From: Stegostoma tigrinum
Taxonomy: Eukaryota
Reading direction: 5' to 3'
DNA: 64,000 nt
Assembly (NCBI RefSeq): GCF_030684315.1
Contig: NC_081387.1
Span: 16,771,409 to 16,835,408, forward strand
The notes under the pieces are model-generated. The model was not told the origin of the DNA. It was given only the letters and a program-made list of their open reading frames with translations, and made no database searches. This document shows positions 1 through 12,094 of the stretch, piece by piece. The translations under genes and the position numbers were made by a program. Each line of letters starts with the position of its first letter. Position 1 is the stretch's first letter.

Positions 1-1859
1 TTCCTGCTCCTCGGATGCTGTCTGATGCGCTGTGCTTTTCCAGTTCCACATTTCTTAGCCCCACGTTCCTCGCATTCACTTTGTGGCTTTTTCTCCATTA
101 CCTTTCATTCCCATTCTGATCAAGAATCTATGTGAACCTGAAATATAGCTGTACTTCTCTGTGGCAACTCTGAGAGAAGGCGGAGTTCCTTAGACTTAAA
201 TTGGTGTCTCATAGTTCTGATACTATCCCCTCTGGTCCTAGACTCTGCCATGAGATAACATCTTCCCAGCATTTACCATGTCAAGCCCCTTAAGAATACC
301 ATATGTTTCAATGAGATCACCTCTCATTCCTTTAAATTCCAATGAGTAGATTCCCAACCTGTTTAGCTTTTGCTCATAAGATCATCCCTTCATACTGTGG
401 ATTGTTCTTGTGAACTTTCAACTGCTTGAATTATTATCTCCAGTACAGTTAGTATAATAGGCATCGCACTATCAGGCATCGACAGGTGTCCCATCCAGAC
501 CCAATCCCTCTATAAGACACCTAATCTACTCATCCCTGAACATTATGGGCAATTTAGAATGGCCAATCCATCTAGCCTGCACATCTTTGGATAGTAATCT
601 TTATCTGAACCCATAAGATATATAAACAGTGTGCTGGAAAACCTCTGAGTTCAAACTAATATAATATTAGTCTTGGAACATTAACTCAGTTGCTCTCTCC
701 ACAAAGGCTCTCAGACCTTCATGCTGTATTTCTTGTCATTAGGTCTAGTTCAGATTATACTATTACTTGAACTATAGCAGAACAATTTGTAATCCTGGTT
801 AAAAAAAAACACATCATCCAATGTACTGTGAACGAGAATCCTTTTTAATTCATGCGTCTTTGACTCCTGGTAACTGTGATAAAATTTTGGAAACTACAAC
901 TGCTTATATACTTAATGATTCAGAATCCTTTCTAATTTCAAAAGCTACACTCACTGGGAGCAACTTTTGCAAATCCAGAGGCAGGCTGCCACAATTTTCT
1001 ATCCATTAATTTTAATTGGTAGAATCAGCACATACTTGAATTTTCCATTGACGTTTTGATGATGGGTTACCTAAAATCATTAAAATTATTAAAAGCAAGT
1101 GTTGATAGGGTAGACTCAGAAAATGCACTCGCTGTTGTGGGAGAAAGTTAACTCGATACAAGATAGAAATCAAGAAATTAAATCAAACTCTGTGGAATTT
1201 TCCTTGCTCAGCGAATGGAGAAATACAAAGCGCATTACTATATGTAGCCATTGAAGTGAGCATTGACACATGCATAAAGATGACTTAGAAGTAATGTCCC
1301 TATCTCTTAGCTAGGAGACCTAGGTACAAGCCCCACCTGCCCCAGTAGTGAACAAGTTGACTACAAAGTACCTGGACACGTAAGAAGAAGCTTTTTAAGT
1401 GTTAGAGGAAGAAGTTAAACAGAACAATTTGCCAATAAGATTTAGATGAGGAGGAATGGATTGGTGACTCAACTAGAGATTGCAGGTTCTACAGTGGGAT
1501 AGTTAGGCCAAAGTGATCTGCTTCTGCTCTGTAATTTCTGTTCTCACTGAAACTGTACTCTCGGGTTTTTGAAGCACAGAATCTTTCACCTGTAAGGATG
1601 CCTTTCAAGGGAAATGGCATAAATATTTGATGCAGACTGTGATACAGGGAAATAAGGAGAGACTGAGAATGTGGATTAGATTTGGACAGAACTCGCAAAA
1701 AGCTGACACTGACAGAATGGACCAAATGGTCTCCTGCACTGTAAACGTCTCATGTTTGAATACTCTCGAACGAGAAGTTTGGTAAAAATGACTGCATTAT
1801 CAGACAGTATGTTACTTCTGGAGTGAATGTATTGGCTAGTTTTATCTTTGAACACTCAC

Positions 1860-1958
1860 CAGCTCTTCTCACTGTAGCCACAATCAGCGAGCATGACAGA
1901 CTGATCACAACGATTCCACCCAGGGGACTCTCAGCAACCATTCGGATCAGACGGTAAG
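1860..1958 (-). CDS. Gene A exon 7: transmembrane helix 4 (PYRLIRMVAESPLGGIVVISLSCSLIVATVRRA); gene continues 3'
   Basis: 99-nt phase 1-1 exon; acceptor ctgtttgattcattgccag|, donor G|gtgagt; no stop reached. Confidence 0.75.
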
Positions 1959-2634
1959 CTGGCAATGAATCAAACAGAATCAAACAGTGCTCACCCATCT
2001 CACACACACAGCACACATTCCGAGCTGTCTTCCTTCTGCCTTACCTTGGGAGGTGCAGATACTCAGGAAAAGTACAAGGATGATAATCTTGTTTGAAATA
2101 ATGGGATCGCCTGCATTTAGCGCTAACAGGAAAATTGGGCAGAACAAACTGCACCTCCCCAGCAGTCTGCCAGGTATCCAATCATTTAAAATCAGCAGAG
2201 AGATAAACCAGTGGCCTCAATATGGATGTGTGCACCTCTCTGTTCAGTTCTCTTTTCTCAGGAAACTCACACTATTTCTTTGGCCTCCTGTTGACCTATG
2301 CTTCCAATCCTGGGCTCTGTGTACATTGCCACTATATGGAGCACAGGAAACTGTGATAACACTTGGAAGTGAAATTTGACATCAGCCAGCTGACGTCCCC
2401 AGACCCGACAACCGAACTCATCATTCAAAGTACGAGCAACAAATACCCAATCTGACATTCTGGCACATGGGTTGGGTTATGTTCAATGGGAGATATTTAG
2501 AAACACTGAGGCACATGTTTGTACACTTTATCTGTTTCTTGGGAATAAAATCAATCACCTTAGGTACCAATTTCTGGGTACCCGGGTTTTTCACATAATC
2601 CACAGCTGGTGGCATGGGCACTCCTTCTGTCAGC

Positions 2635-2950
2635 CCTTTATGGATAGAATCCCTACAGCGTGCCAACAGGCCCTTCAGCCCAACAAGTCCACATCGGTCC
2701 TCACAGCATCCCATTCAGATCCATAGCACTATAACCCACCTCATCTACACATCCCTGTGTACTATGGGCAATTTAGCACGGCCAATCCACACCTGCACAC
2801 CTTTGGCCTGCGGGAGGAAACTGGAGTACCCTGAGAAAGCCCACACAGACACAGGGAGAATGTGACACAGACAGTCACCCGAGGGTGGAATCAAACCTGG
2901 GTCCCTGGCGCTGTGAGGCAGCACTGCTAACCCACTGACCCACCTTGCTG
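2635..2950 (-). mobile_element. HE1-type tRNA-derived SINE
   Basis: Reverse complement of the tRNA head (ggtcagtgggttagcagtgctgcctcacag..gggtttgattcc) and SINE body. Confidence 0.8.
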
Positions 2951-4262
2951 CTCAATGGTTTTTGGCTACCCTGGTGAACGCCTGCATCCATAATGGATCA
3001 ATCTAATTACGCAAATATGGATCCAAAACAAGTTCAGGATGTTTCTGTAAATAATCATCATGGCTCAACTGGGAATAGTTTTTCAGTGTTCCACAAGTTG
3101 GCTCAAAACCATACAAATACATAAAGATGCCCATCAGACACACAAACCCAATTTGCCTGACAACTACCCTGGACAAGAGTAAGTCACAACAGGTGGCTTC
3201 AGTGAAAATTAAAATGTCTTTAATTATTGTGTCACACTTAACTTCAACAGGAAGATTGAAAGCAAAAGATTTCCCTTTCAAGCTGCTTCAAGCCCTCTCC
3301 CAAATATACACAAACTTTCAAACATGATGAAGACAGACAGAAAATAAATAGTTAACACATAAACTATGAGTAGAAAAGAACATGGATGGGATAAACAACA
3401 TTTCAAAGAACAGATTTGCGGCTACAATGTGGAAAATCCTTTCTCTCTCAAATCCTTTTGATTTTTACAATAGTGTAAAGCCACTAAATATCTATTGATG
3501 GTCATCTCTCAATTCAAAGGCTGAGCAGATGAACTTAGATCTTTTTGTGTATGAAATTCTTTCCTTCAAATGTTCTGAGGTTTTCTGTCTTTTTCTCCAG
3601 ATAAGAAGAAAGAGACAGAGAACATGAGAGGATGCTGTCTCCGGGCTGGATATTCTCCACACACTCTACAGCACTTACAGCTTCTCAACAAATCGGAAAG
3701 TTATTTCCTGGCAGAATCACTTTAGCTCGAAAGATTCTTGTGCCATTCAGTCTCAAATGCCCACCTTTGATGTTTCCAAAAGCAACATTGTAGGGCACAG
3801 CCCAAGAAGTTACAACAGTTATGGTGAGTTGTGAAACTCTTCTGGTTTTGAATGAAAGTGGTCCAACTTCCAGTTCAGTTTCCAGTCAAATGAAAAACAT
3901 GTGACTTTTTACATAAAAGCAAAACAAAAATGGGAGTATGTATTATGCAATGTCCTTGCAGTTATTTCAGTCAAAGGGATTTCCAAAGAAGCTGTCAGGC
4001 TGTATCTCTCAGAGCTGCACACTACGGACGGCGGACACTGCCAACCCACACACTCGGGTGCTTCCTGAATCATCATCCACTTGCCTCCCAATGTTTCCTG
4101 GAGGTCACGAGGTCTGAATCTGAGCCAATCCATTGAGCAGGCTGCCTCATTAATCTCTACATTCCTTCCATGTCACTGAATCCTACTCTCAGTAATTCTC
4201 CACCCCCACTAAATGAGGGTTTTGCTGTGCCCTACAAATATGTAATTTGTACCTGAACTTAC

Positions 4263-4388
4263 GTTTAACAATCCAGATCTTGCTCAACATTTTTGTATCA
4301 CAGACCTTCACACTCCAAGTTGAAGGTACTACTCCTACTAACAGGAGTACTAAAAGCATCAATATGATCACTGTGGTTTCAGTGGGCC
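4263..4388 (-). CDS. Gene A exon 6: transmembrane helix 3 plus basic loop (GPTETTVIILMLLVLLLVGVVPSTWSVKVCDTKMLSKIWIVK)
   Basis: 126-nt phase 1-1 exon; acceptor ttttcttcccgaaatag|, donor C|gtaagt; strongly hydrophobic. Confidence 0.8.
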
Positions 4389-6083
4389 CTATTTCGGGAA
4401 GAAAATGTGAACAAAATTAAGTCAATTTGTAAGTTACAGAATAAAAACCATTTCTATTTAATCCTACCTTCAAAATAAGAATATGCAGCATACAAATAAC
4501 TGTCTGTGGGCATTTTTACAACCCATGCTAATGCAGAGGTAGAATATTGAGATTGTCAAACATATTTTGATATGGGTCATGATTATTGTCCCAACATGTG
4601 GAGTTTGGGAGTGAGTGGCATAAGGGATAGCATGTTGTTAAATTTCTGTGAAAGAAGGAGGAGACGACAAACTGATTGGAAAATGCAAGTCGAAAAAAGG
4701 CTGCAGCAGCAAAGGGAGTGCAGAATCACCAATCACTTACACTCAAGGCTCTAAGTTAATAAGGGTTCAATTTCCAGAGGAATTCAATTCAAAAACTGAG
4801 AGGTTATATCAAGCGTATATTGAACGAAGAGTGAACCACATTTGGAATCACAATCATCTCAGAAACAATGACAGAGTCACTGGTGAGGGTGCAGAAGAAA
4901 TTCACAAGAATTATAACCATTATGTAAAGGTTACAATTATCAGGAAAGGCTGTGTTTTTTTTTGATAACTGCAATAACAATGTTTCCATTCGTAGCGGAG
5001 GCAAAATTGAAAGTCATAAATACGGTATAATCAACAAATTCTGCAGGAATTCAGACGAATATTCTTTACCCAAAGAGAATTTTAAAAAGAGGAGTATAGA
5101 GTCACTACAGTTAAATCATGTGAAGGAGATTGTGACCGGATAAGGTAAAAAGGATAGAGACGAGGCTCATGTCGACCATAAATGCTAGAATGGATCAGCT
5201 GGTCCAAATGGTTATCTCTGGGCTGGAATCCAGATGAATCGCTGAGTAAATTACTCATTCAGAGAAACCAATGGGGAATCTTTTGTGCATTTATAATTAG
5301 ACAGTGTAGGGAAGTGATTTGTAATTGTGCAACATGCCATCATTCCTGATTTCACACCACTCAAATTCAACAGCTCCCAGAGGCAATAATGTATGGTACA
5401 GATGTATAACCCAGTTACAACTAACACACAAACAGAAGGGCACAGAAAGCACCCATCCTATTGCCATCCTGTTGATTGCCTAAAGTCACCCTGGTCATAT
5501 GCAAAGGGAGACTCAGATCCTTACAGCACAAAGCAGGCCATTCAACCCATTGTGCCCAGGCCAGTCAACAAAGATCTGATTACATTTATCACATTTTCCA
5601 ACTCTTGGCCCATAGCTCTGGAGATTATGAACAATTTTTGATCATAAGCTCACAAACTGGCATTTTGTGCTGGATTTTATTTGATTTATTATTGTCACAT
5701 GTACCTAGATACAGTGAAAAGTTTTGTTTTGCTTGCAGTATGGATAGATCATACCATGCAAAGTGCATCAGGCTAAAAGAACAGAGAGAGGAATACAATG
5801 TTATGGCTGCAGAGAAGGCGAATAAACAGCAACATCAACATTAAATTTAAAATTTGAGTGGTCCATTTGGAAGTCCAATATCAGCGGGGAAGAAGCTGTT
5901 CTTGAATCTGTCGATATGTGTGTTTATGCTTTTGCATCTTCTGCCCAACAGAAGAAGTGGCAACTGGGTTGGGAGGCACAGTTTGAGAATATCTGATGAT
6001 TCAGTTCCAGAGCAGTCTATCACTTGGGGTAAATCTTGACTGACCTTTAATTAGGAGCAAAGAAACAGGACAGTATATTGTAC

Positions 6084-6173
6084 CTTCAGCGTAGATCCAG
6101 CAACCAAATGCACCACTAAGGAGAAGAAACTGCAAGATTTGGAGTAGATTTTGAAGAAGGTGAAGACCTGGAA
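6084..6173 (-). CDS. Gene A exon 5: transmembrane helix 2 (FPGLHLLQNLLQILQFLLLSGAFGCWIYAE)
   Basis: 90-nt phase 1-1 exon; acceptor tttgcttacag| (second in-frame AG 6 nt downstream), donor GAA G|gtacaa. Confidence 0.72.
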
Positions 6174-6344
6174 CTGTAAGCAAATTCTAATCAACATTTC
6201 TTGAGCAAGGAATGTTGCCACAGTGAAATTAATATTCTATAAAAACAGCCAGAAATTGAAATTTGTAAGGGTCACATTTAGATAATTCATAGCCTCTATT
6301 ATTACATCACGACAGTTTTGAAAACTTTCAATACTTTTGCTTAC

Positions 6345-6458
6345 ATTCTGTTTTGACCTTAAGGAAGAATGCGATTATTTCACAAATCAATGCTGCAGCA
6401 GCAGCAGCCAAAGCAATGATAGATAGTATCCTTGCACAGTCATGTAGCAGTTGAGTAC
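6345..6458 (-). CDS. Gene A exon 4: transmembrane helix 1 (STQLLHDCARILSIIALAAAAAALICEIIAFFLKVKTE)
   Basis: 114-nt phase 1-1 exon; acceptor cttctgtttcag|, donor T|gtaagc; open and hydrophobic in the required frame; absent from the ORF track. Confidence 0.82.
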
Positions 6459-7309
6459 CTGAAACAGAAGATTTATTTTCAGCTCATGCTACTTTGAAAG
6501 CAATTTGCAAATTTCAAACAAGGTCTGCTTTGCCTTAAAGTCGTGCTTCTCATGGATCCTGCATGTTACAGATAGAACACCTCCCCCACCAGGCTTATTC
6601 TGTTTCAACATGACGGACACACGTTTAGAAATAGTACTAAGGTCTTCCCGACCTATCTCAATAACATACTTTGACTCAATAATCTGGGACCGCATCAATT
6701 TCTGGTATTGGGCAACCTGCTGCATTCTGGAGGAGGATCTGAACTTTAAACTGTGATCTTCTCCATTCACGTTCTCAGCAGATGCCAAAGGTTTGCATCA
6801 AGAGATTGCAGGCTTGATCTTTTTGTTTCGCCCCAGGTCATGAATGGAGAGCCAGGACATTTCCCAGCCCCACAGACCCAACCTGTTTAAAAGCACCACC
6901 AACGGTTGGATTTTCGTACTAAGACGTAGGTGAAAGCGGGAGCCGTCCCAGACAACGTGACAAGGAACTCGGAGGCTTCTGGGTGTGGAGGTGTAATGGC
7001 TGCAAGTCTGGCCCCGGTGCTCCAGTGCATTGTTTTTGAAGATGCGAAAATAAGATAAGTGAAAGCTGACTTCATCCCTCACTCCCCGTCACCATTCCCC
7101 GTGTCCCATCCATGCCAACCAATGCCAGTTCATGCCCTCAATCTACTCTCCATGGCTCTTTATAACCCCTACACCAAACAGTCATGACAGGCCATGTCCA
7201 TTCCTTATCCTCTTCCCTTAAATCTACCATAAAACCTCAAAAAGTATCCAATTTGGAGAAACCTCAGGACCAATGATGAGATTGAATAATTGTTGTGTCA
7301 GTTGATGTA

Positions 7310-8060
7310 TTTAGAGTCAGTGAGTCTTACAGCACAGAAACAGACTCTTCGGTCCACCTCATCCTTACCGATCAGATTTCCAAAATTAATCACGTCCCAC
7401 TTGCCAGTATTTGGTCAATATCCCTCTAAACTCTTCCTATTCATGTACCTGCCTAAATGTCCTTTAATTGCTGTAACTAAACCTGCATCTAGCACTCTCT
7501 GTGGCAGTTCATTCCACATATGAACCACGTTCTGTGTGAAAAAGTTGCCTCTCAGGTCCCTTTTAAATCTTCCTTATTTCATCTTAAAATTATGTCCTCT
7601 AGTTTTGAACTCCACTAATCTAGGGAAAAGACCTTTGCTTTCTATGCCCCTTGTGATTTTCTAAACATCTACAAGGTCACCCTTCAACCTTCTACACTCC
7701 AGTGAGCAGTGCCCCAGCCTATCCAGTCCCTCCTTATCACTCAAACTCTCCAGTAGCTTCCTTACAAAATCTCTTCCACACATCTCTTTCCAGTTAATAA
7801 TTTACTTACTTTGACAGAGCGACTACAATTGTACACATTACTCCAAAAGTGTTCTCACCAACACCCTGTTGAACCGAACCCTACATTTAGTGTTCTAAGC
7901 AATGAAGGCAAGCGTGGGGCTCAGGTCTCAAGGAGCAACGTACTTGAACTCCTAGGTCTTTCTGGTCAACTAAACTCCCTAGGGACCCACCCTTAACTGT
8001 GTAAGTCCTGCCCTGGTTAATCTTACCAAAATGCAACACATTGCATTTATCCAAATCAAA
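7310..8060 (-). mobile_element. CR1/HER1 LINE 3' fragment
   Basis: Reverse complement of the CR1 ORF2 C-terminus and 3' UTR. Confidence 0.75.
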
Positions 8061-8944
8061 CATAATCTTTTTTTCACAACTTGCTGATTAAATAATGCTC
8101 ACAATATTTAACTCCTGTTCATCCCTCATAAACACAAACTTCTGAATTCATAGTCCAGCTTCAGTAACTGTAACCACTGTGAACTGTGATTAAAACGTTG
8201 AACAGATGAGCACCCCACTCTAATAATGACAATTTGTGAAATTAGTCACTATTAGTAATCCCGCAATGATAGCCTAGGGCCTGTGTCTACAGACAGAGTG
8301 AAACATGAGTATTTTTAAAGAAGACCGCAGATTTTTTAACTAGTTAAAGGACAGGAGATCAAAGTGACAAATTAGCAACTGGTTTCATCTGACAGTTCTT
8401 TTGATGGGTCTCTTACCTTGTATCCTGTTAAATATCTTGTCCGTTCTTTTGGCAAATCCACCGAGTTCATGTACTTGTGACAGATTTTCATGTCTGCTTT
8501 AACAATCCAAAAGACCTCCTGACTTTTCATAAAGTGCACTTTACCTTTTCAAAAATAAACCTTGGCCTTCTCCCAAGGACAATATTCAAAATGCTCATTA
8601 CTTCTCCAAAAGGAGATCCTACTACTCTAAAGAACTTCAGAACTTCTCCTATGAGATCTAAAGTGCAGAAGTTGTGTTTTGGACATCCCATTAGCCTGAG
8701 ACAGCTATACTTTTACACATGAAACTGCCTTTGTGAATCACAAAGATACAGGTTTGAACCCTATTCCCTGGGAAAATGATGGGGCCATGTTTGGGAATGG
8801 AGTTTGGCCTCTGCTGGTAATTTTGTAACAGTACAGGGAAAGGCTCCTTGTCTGTGTGTGAAAATTCAGGTATCCGTCTACAAACCTCCATCCTACTAAT
8901 TTTTCCTGGCATGAAAATATATCATGCTTCTACTTTCACATCTT

Positions 8945-9540
8945 TAGTAACACAGAGACATACAGCACGGAAACAGGCCCCAGTACAACTGGTCGATGCC
9001 ATCTGTAATCTCAAACTAAACTCATCCCACCTGCCTGCTCCTGGCCCATATCCCTCCAAACATTTCGTATTCATGTACTTCTCCAGATGTCTTTTAAATG
9101 TTGTAACTGTACACACTGCCTCTGGAAGTTCATTTCACATACGAACTACTGCCTGTGTAAAAAAAAACTGCCCCAATGACTTTTTTTAATCTTTCCCCTC
9201 TCACCTTAAAAATATGCCGCCTAGTCTTGAAATCCCCCACGCACAGGTAAGGATGCCTTTTCTATACCCCACTTGATTTCTTAAACCTCGAAGAAGGTTG
9301 AATGATGACCTTTTATGCTTGAGTGAAAATAGTCCCAGCCTAACCAGCCTCTGCTTATAACTCAAACAGTCCCCGTTCCCAGCAACATTCTGGTATATCT
9401 TTTCTGAACCCTCACCAGCTTGAGAAATATCTTTCCTATAATGGGGCAAAAAGACTTGGACACAGTACTCCAGAAGAGGCCTCACCAATGTCCTGTACAA
9501 TTGCGTTACGACATCCCAACTCCTATACTCAAGGGTCTCT
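8945..9540 (-). mobile_element. CR1/HER1 LINE 3' fragment
   Basis: LYRTLVRPLLEYCVQ..RLGLFSL. Confidence 0.8.
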
Positions 9541-9620
9541 TTGTTGGGGCTTAGTGCAGGCCCAATAGTGGAATATCATTTTTACCTGAGAAATGGAACC
9601 AATTACCAGACATGACTCAC

Positions 9621-9884
9621 TGTGTAAAATAAGATGATATGCATCGCTCCTCTTGCTGAACATATTTTCCACGGTGCAGGTGTAGGTGTCACAGTCTGCT
9701 TTTGTGGCTTTAACAATGATCAACTTGCTGTTGTTTTGTACTAACTGATAATGTTGGCCATTCCTTATCAAGTCAGGACCTTTCCTCCACAGAATGGAGC
9801 TCGCTTTCCCTGCAGTCATGTGACAGGTCAGTTCAACAGCGGAATCCACAAAGGTAGCTTTGATCAAAGGTTCTGCCAGTGGTT
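9621..9884 (-). CDS. Gene A exon 3: Ig C2-set domain
   Basis: 264-nt phase 1-1 exon EPLAEPLI..VELTC..ILWRK..NSKLII..DCDTYTCTVEN..LILH; acceptor ggcacag|, donor A|gtgagt. Confidence 0.92.
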
Positions 9885-9930
9885 CTGTGCCAAAGAATAA
9901 TTACTCAGGTAAACAGGTCTGAGCATGAGG

Positions 9931-10660
9931 TATTGTGGGCCAGACCAGACCCTTTGAAACATTTTAAGAAGGTAGCGTAACTCTAGCATTGTCTTATCTA
10001 TAAAGGCAAATGTGGAGTGCCTGTTCTAGATGCCAAGCTACTCGATGTTAAGCAAAACACAACTTATTTAAACACTAAAGTTAAAATACAACCAAGGAAA
10101 GGGAATTTAGAACTTAACACGATTGGAAAAATATCAGAAAGGTGGAGACAGTAACTATTATTAATTAGCTGTTCCAATATAGTAACATCTCATAAACACA
10201 TCCTTTGGCAAAAAGGAAACTTAGGCACAGATTCTCACATGCAGTTCTCCAACCCAGGAGGAAACAAAAAAGAAAATCAAGAGAAAATTCAGAGAGCAGC
10301 AGCCAGGGGATATTCACCAAAGCTTCCAACTCTGAGATCCCAGTGGCTTCTGCTTAAAGGAAAACCCAGAAATCCTGATCTGTAAGAGCTGACCACACCC
10401 ATTCAGGTGTCAAAAAAAACCCAAGGCCTCCCAAGCTATTACTCAAATGGTTCTGGTAGACTACTCAGCACCTCTAGCTTACAAATGAGAAAATTTTCAT
10501 GTAAACACTTGACAAATTCCCTTAACACACTGGCAGTCCCAGCCAATGTTTTAATTAAGTTACCTTGGACTCTCAAACTCCAGAGGATACAGGCTGAGCC
10601 TCTTAAGCTATTCCTTATAAGGTAGTGCACACACTCCAGGTGTTAGACCCGCTGGTGACA
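9931..10660. mobile_element. Probable solo LTR
   Basis: First approx. 270 bp similar to 60471-60735, which abuts the Gypsy RT relic; ends in gtgaca; no clean TSD. Confidence 0.5.
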
Positions 10661-11464
10661 CATCCATCGCCCCCCCCCCCACCTGTCTCAGCAGCAGGAA
10701 TCTGACTTCATGCCTCTCGCAGGGTTAATTTTACATACCATTTACCCTTGTCGATTCGGTGAGGCTGAAAAATCCCACACTCATAAACCAATCACAAAGT
10801 CTGTACACCTCCAACATAGCCCTGCTGTATCCCTACTTCTGCTGAAATTCTCGGCCCCCTCTCTCCCACTAAGGTAGGGGAGGTGGTAGCCCAGTGATAA
10901 GGTCTATCATCCCGAACCCCAGTCTGTTGTTCTGAGGGACACAGCATAGAATGCCACCATGGTAGATGGTGAAACTGGAATTCAATTTCCTTCCTAAAAT
11001 CTGAAATTAACTGCCGACATTGTAACCTCCGTCAGTTGTCTTAAAAGCATCTGGTTCACTGATGTCCTTCCAGAAAGGAAATTGGCCATCCTTACCTGGT
11101 CTGGACTACATGTTGCTCTAGCAACGTGCACAAGTTTTAACTGTTCTCCAGGCAAGTAGAGATAGTGCAATAAATGCTGGCTTAGCAAGCGTACCCCACA
11201 TCCTGTGAATGAATTTTAATAAAAACTCCTTTATTCTAACGCTCTCCTGGCTAGTCTCCCAACCTCTGTCCTTCAACACGTCTAAAATTACATTGCTCCC
11301 ACCCTGTCCCATCACATATCATCCCCATCCTCACTGGCATGCATTGGTTCTTTTATCTGCAGCATTATTAGCCACTTAAGGGCCTCAGTGGGCTCAAATG
11401 GGAGCTCATGGGCCACCTGACGTGTCTGTTGTATTCCACAGAATGGGAGTAAAGTTGAGGAAGG

Positions 11465-11748
11465 GGCAGCACAGTGGATCAGTGGTTAGCACTGCTGCCT
11501 CACAGTGCCAGGGACCTGGGTTCAATTCCACCCTCAGGCAACTGCCTGTCTGGAGTTTGCACATTCTCCCTGTGTCTGCATGGGCTTGCTCTGGTTTCCT
11601 CCTGCAGTCTTGGTGGATCGGCCAGGCCAAATTACCTCTAGTGCCCAGGAATAGGGTAGGGGGTGAGTCTGGGTGGGATTCTCTTCCAAGGGTCAGTGTG
11701 GGCTCAATGGGCCAAATGGCCTGCTTCCACATTGTAAGGATTCTATGA
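11465..11748 (+). mobile_element. HE1-type SINE
   Basis: A box tggatcagtgg, B box ggttcaattcc, body tggagtttgcacattctcc, tail ggattctatg. Confidence 0.85.
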
Positions 11749-12094
11749 AAGCAGTGGGCACTGTGTTTTATGCGGGACATGCTGGTGGACAGGTGTGAAG
11801 TTCAGCCCTGGATCCTTGCATCACTGCCCTCAGGCAAGACAGAATGTCCTCCCCATTGCAGTTCCACCTTTCTCTTCTATCAGCCTGATGCCAGACCACA
11901 AACACTGTCATCGCTCCCGAACCCGGGCAGAACCCATCGGCTCAATTTGGGAATAGTCCCAACTGAATAGCTGGTGGAGACAAACTGTTGCTGCAACAGA
12001 CAAGTGTGAACCTTCAGTGGAACCTTTCACTGTGCAATAGGTCCACAGACTCTGTCTGAATTCCAACTCCTTTTAGAAGGATTGGGGTGGCTGG

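Noticed and set aside
770-960. Candidate terminal exons for gene A (acceptor-like sites near 794 and 873 giving GLQIVLL* or VTRSQRRMN*)
   Set aside because: Short and with no supporting signal; the true next exon may lie outside the window
6489-7082. Several 60-100 aa ORFs just 5' of the TM1 exon
   Set aside because: No recognisable domain and no phase-compatible splice sites; probably a decayed insertion
8417-8520. Donor-like AAG|gtaaga with an upstream open frame
   Set aside because: The open frame ends in phase 0 and has no good acceptor, so it does not fit the phase-1 chain of gene A
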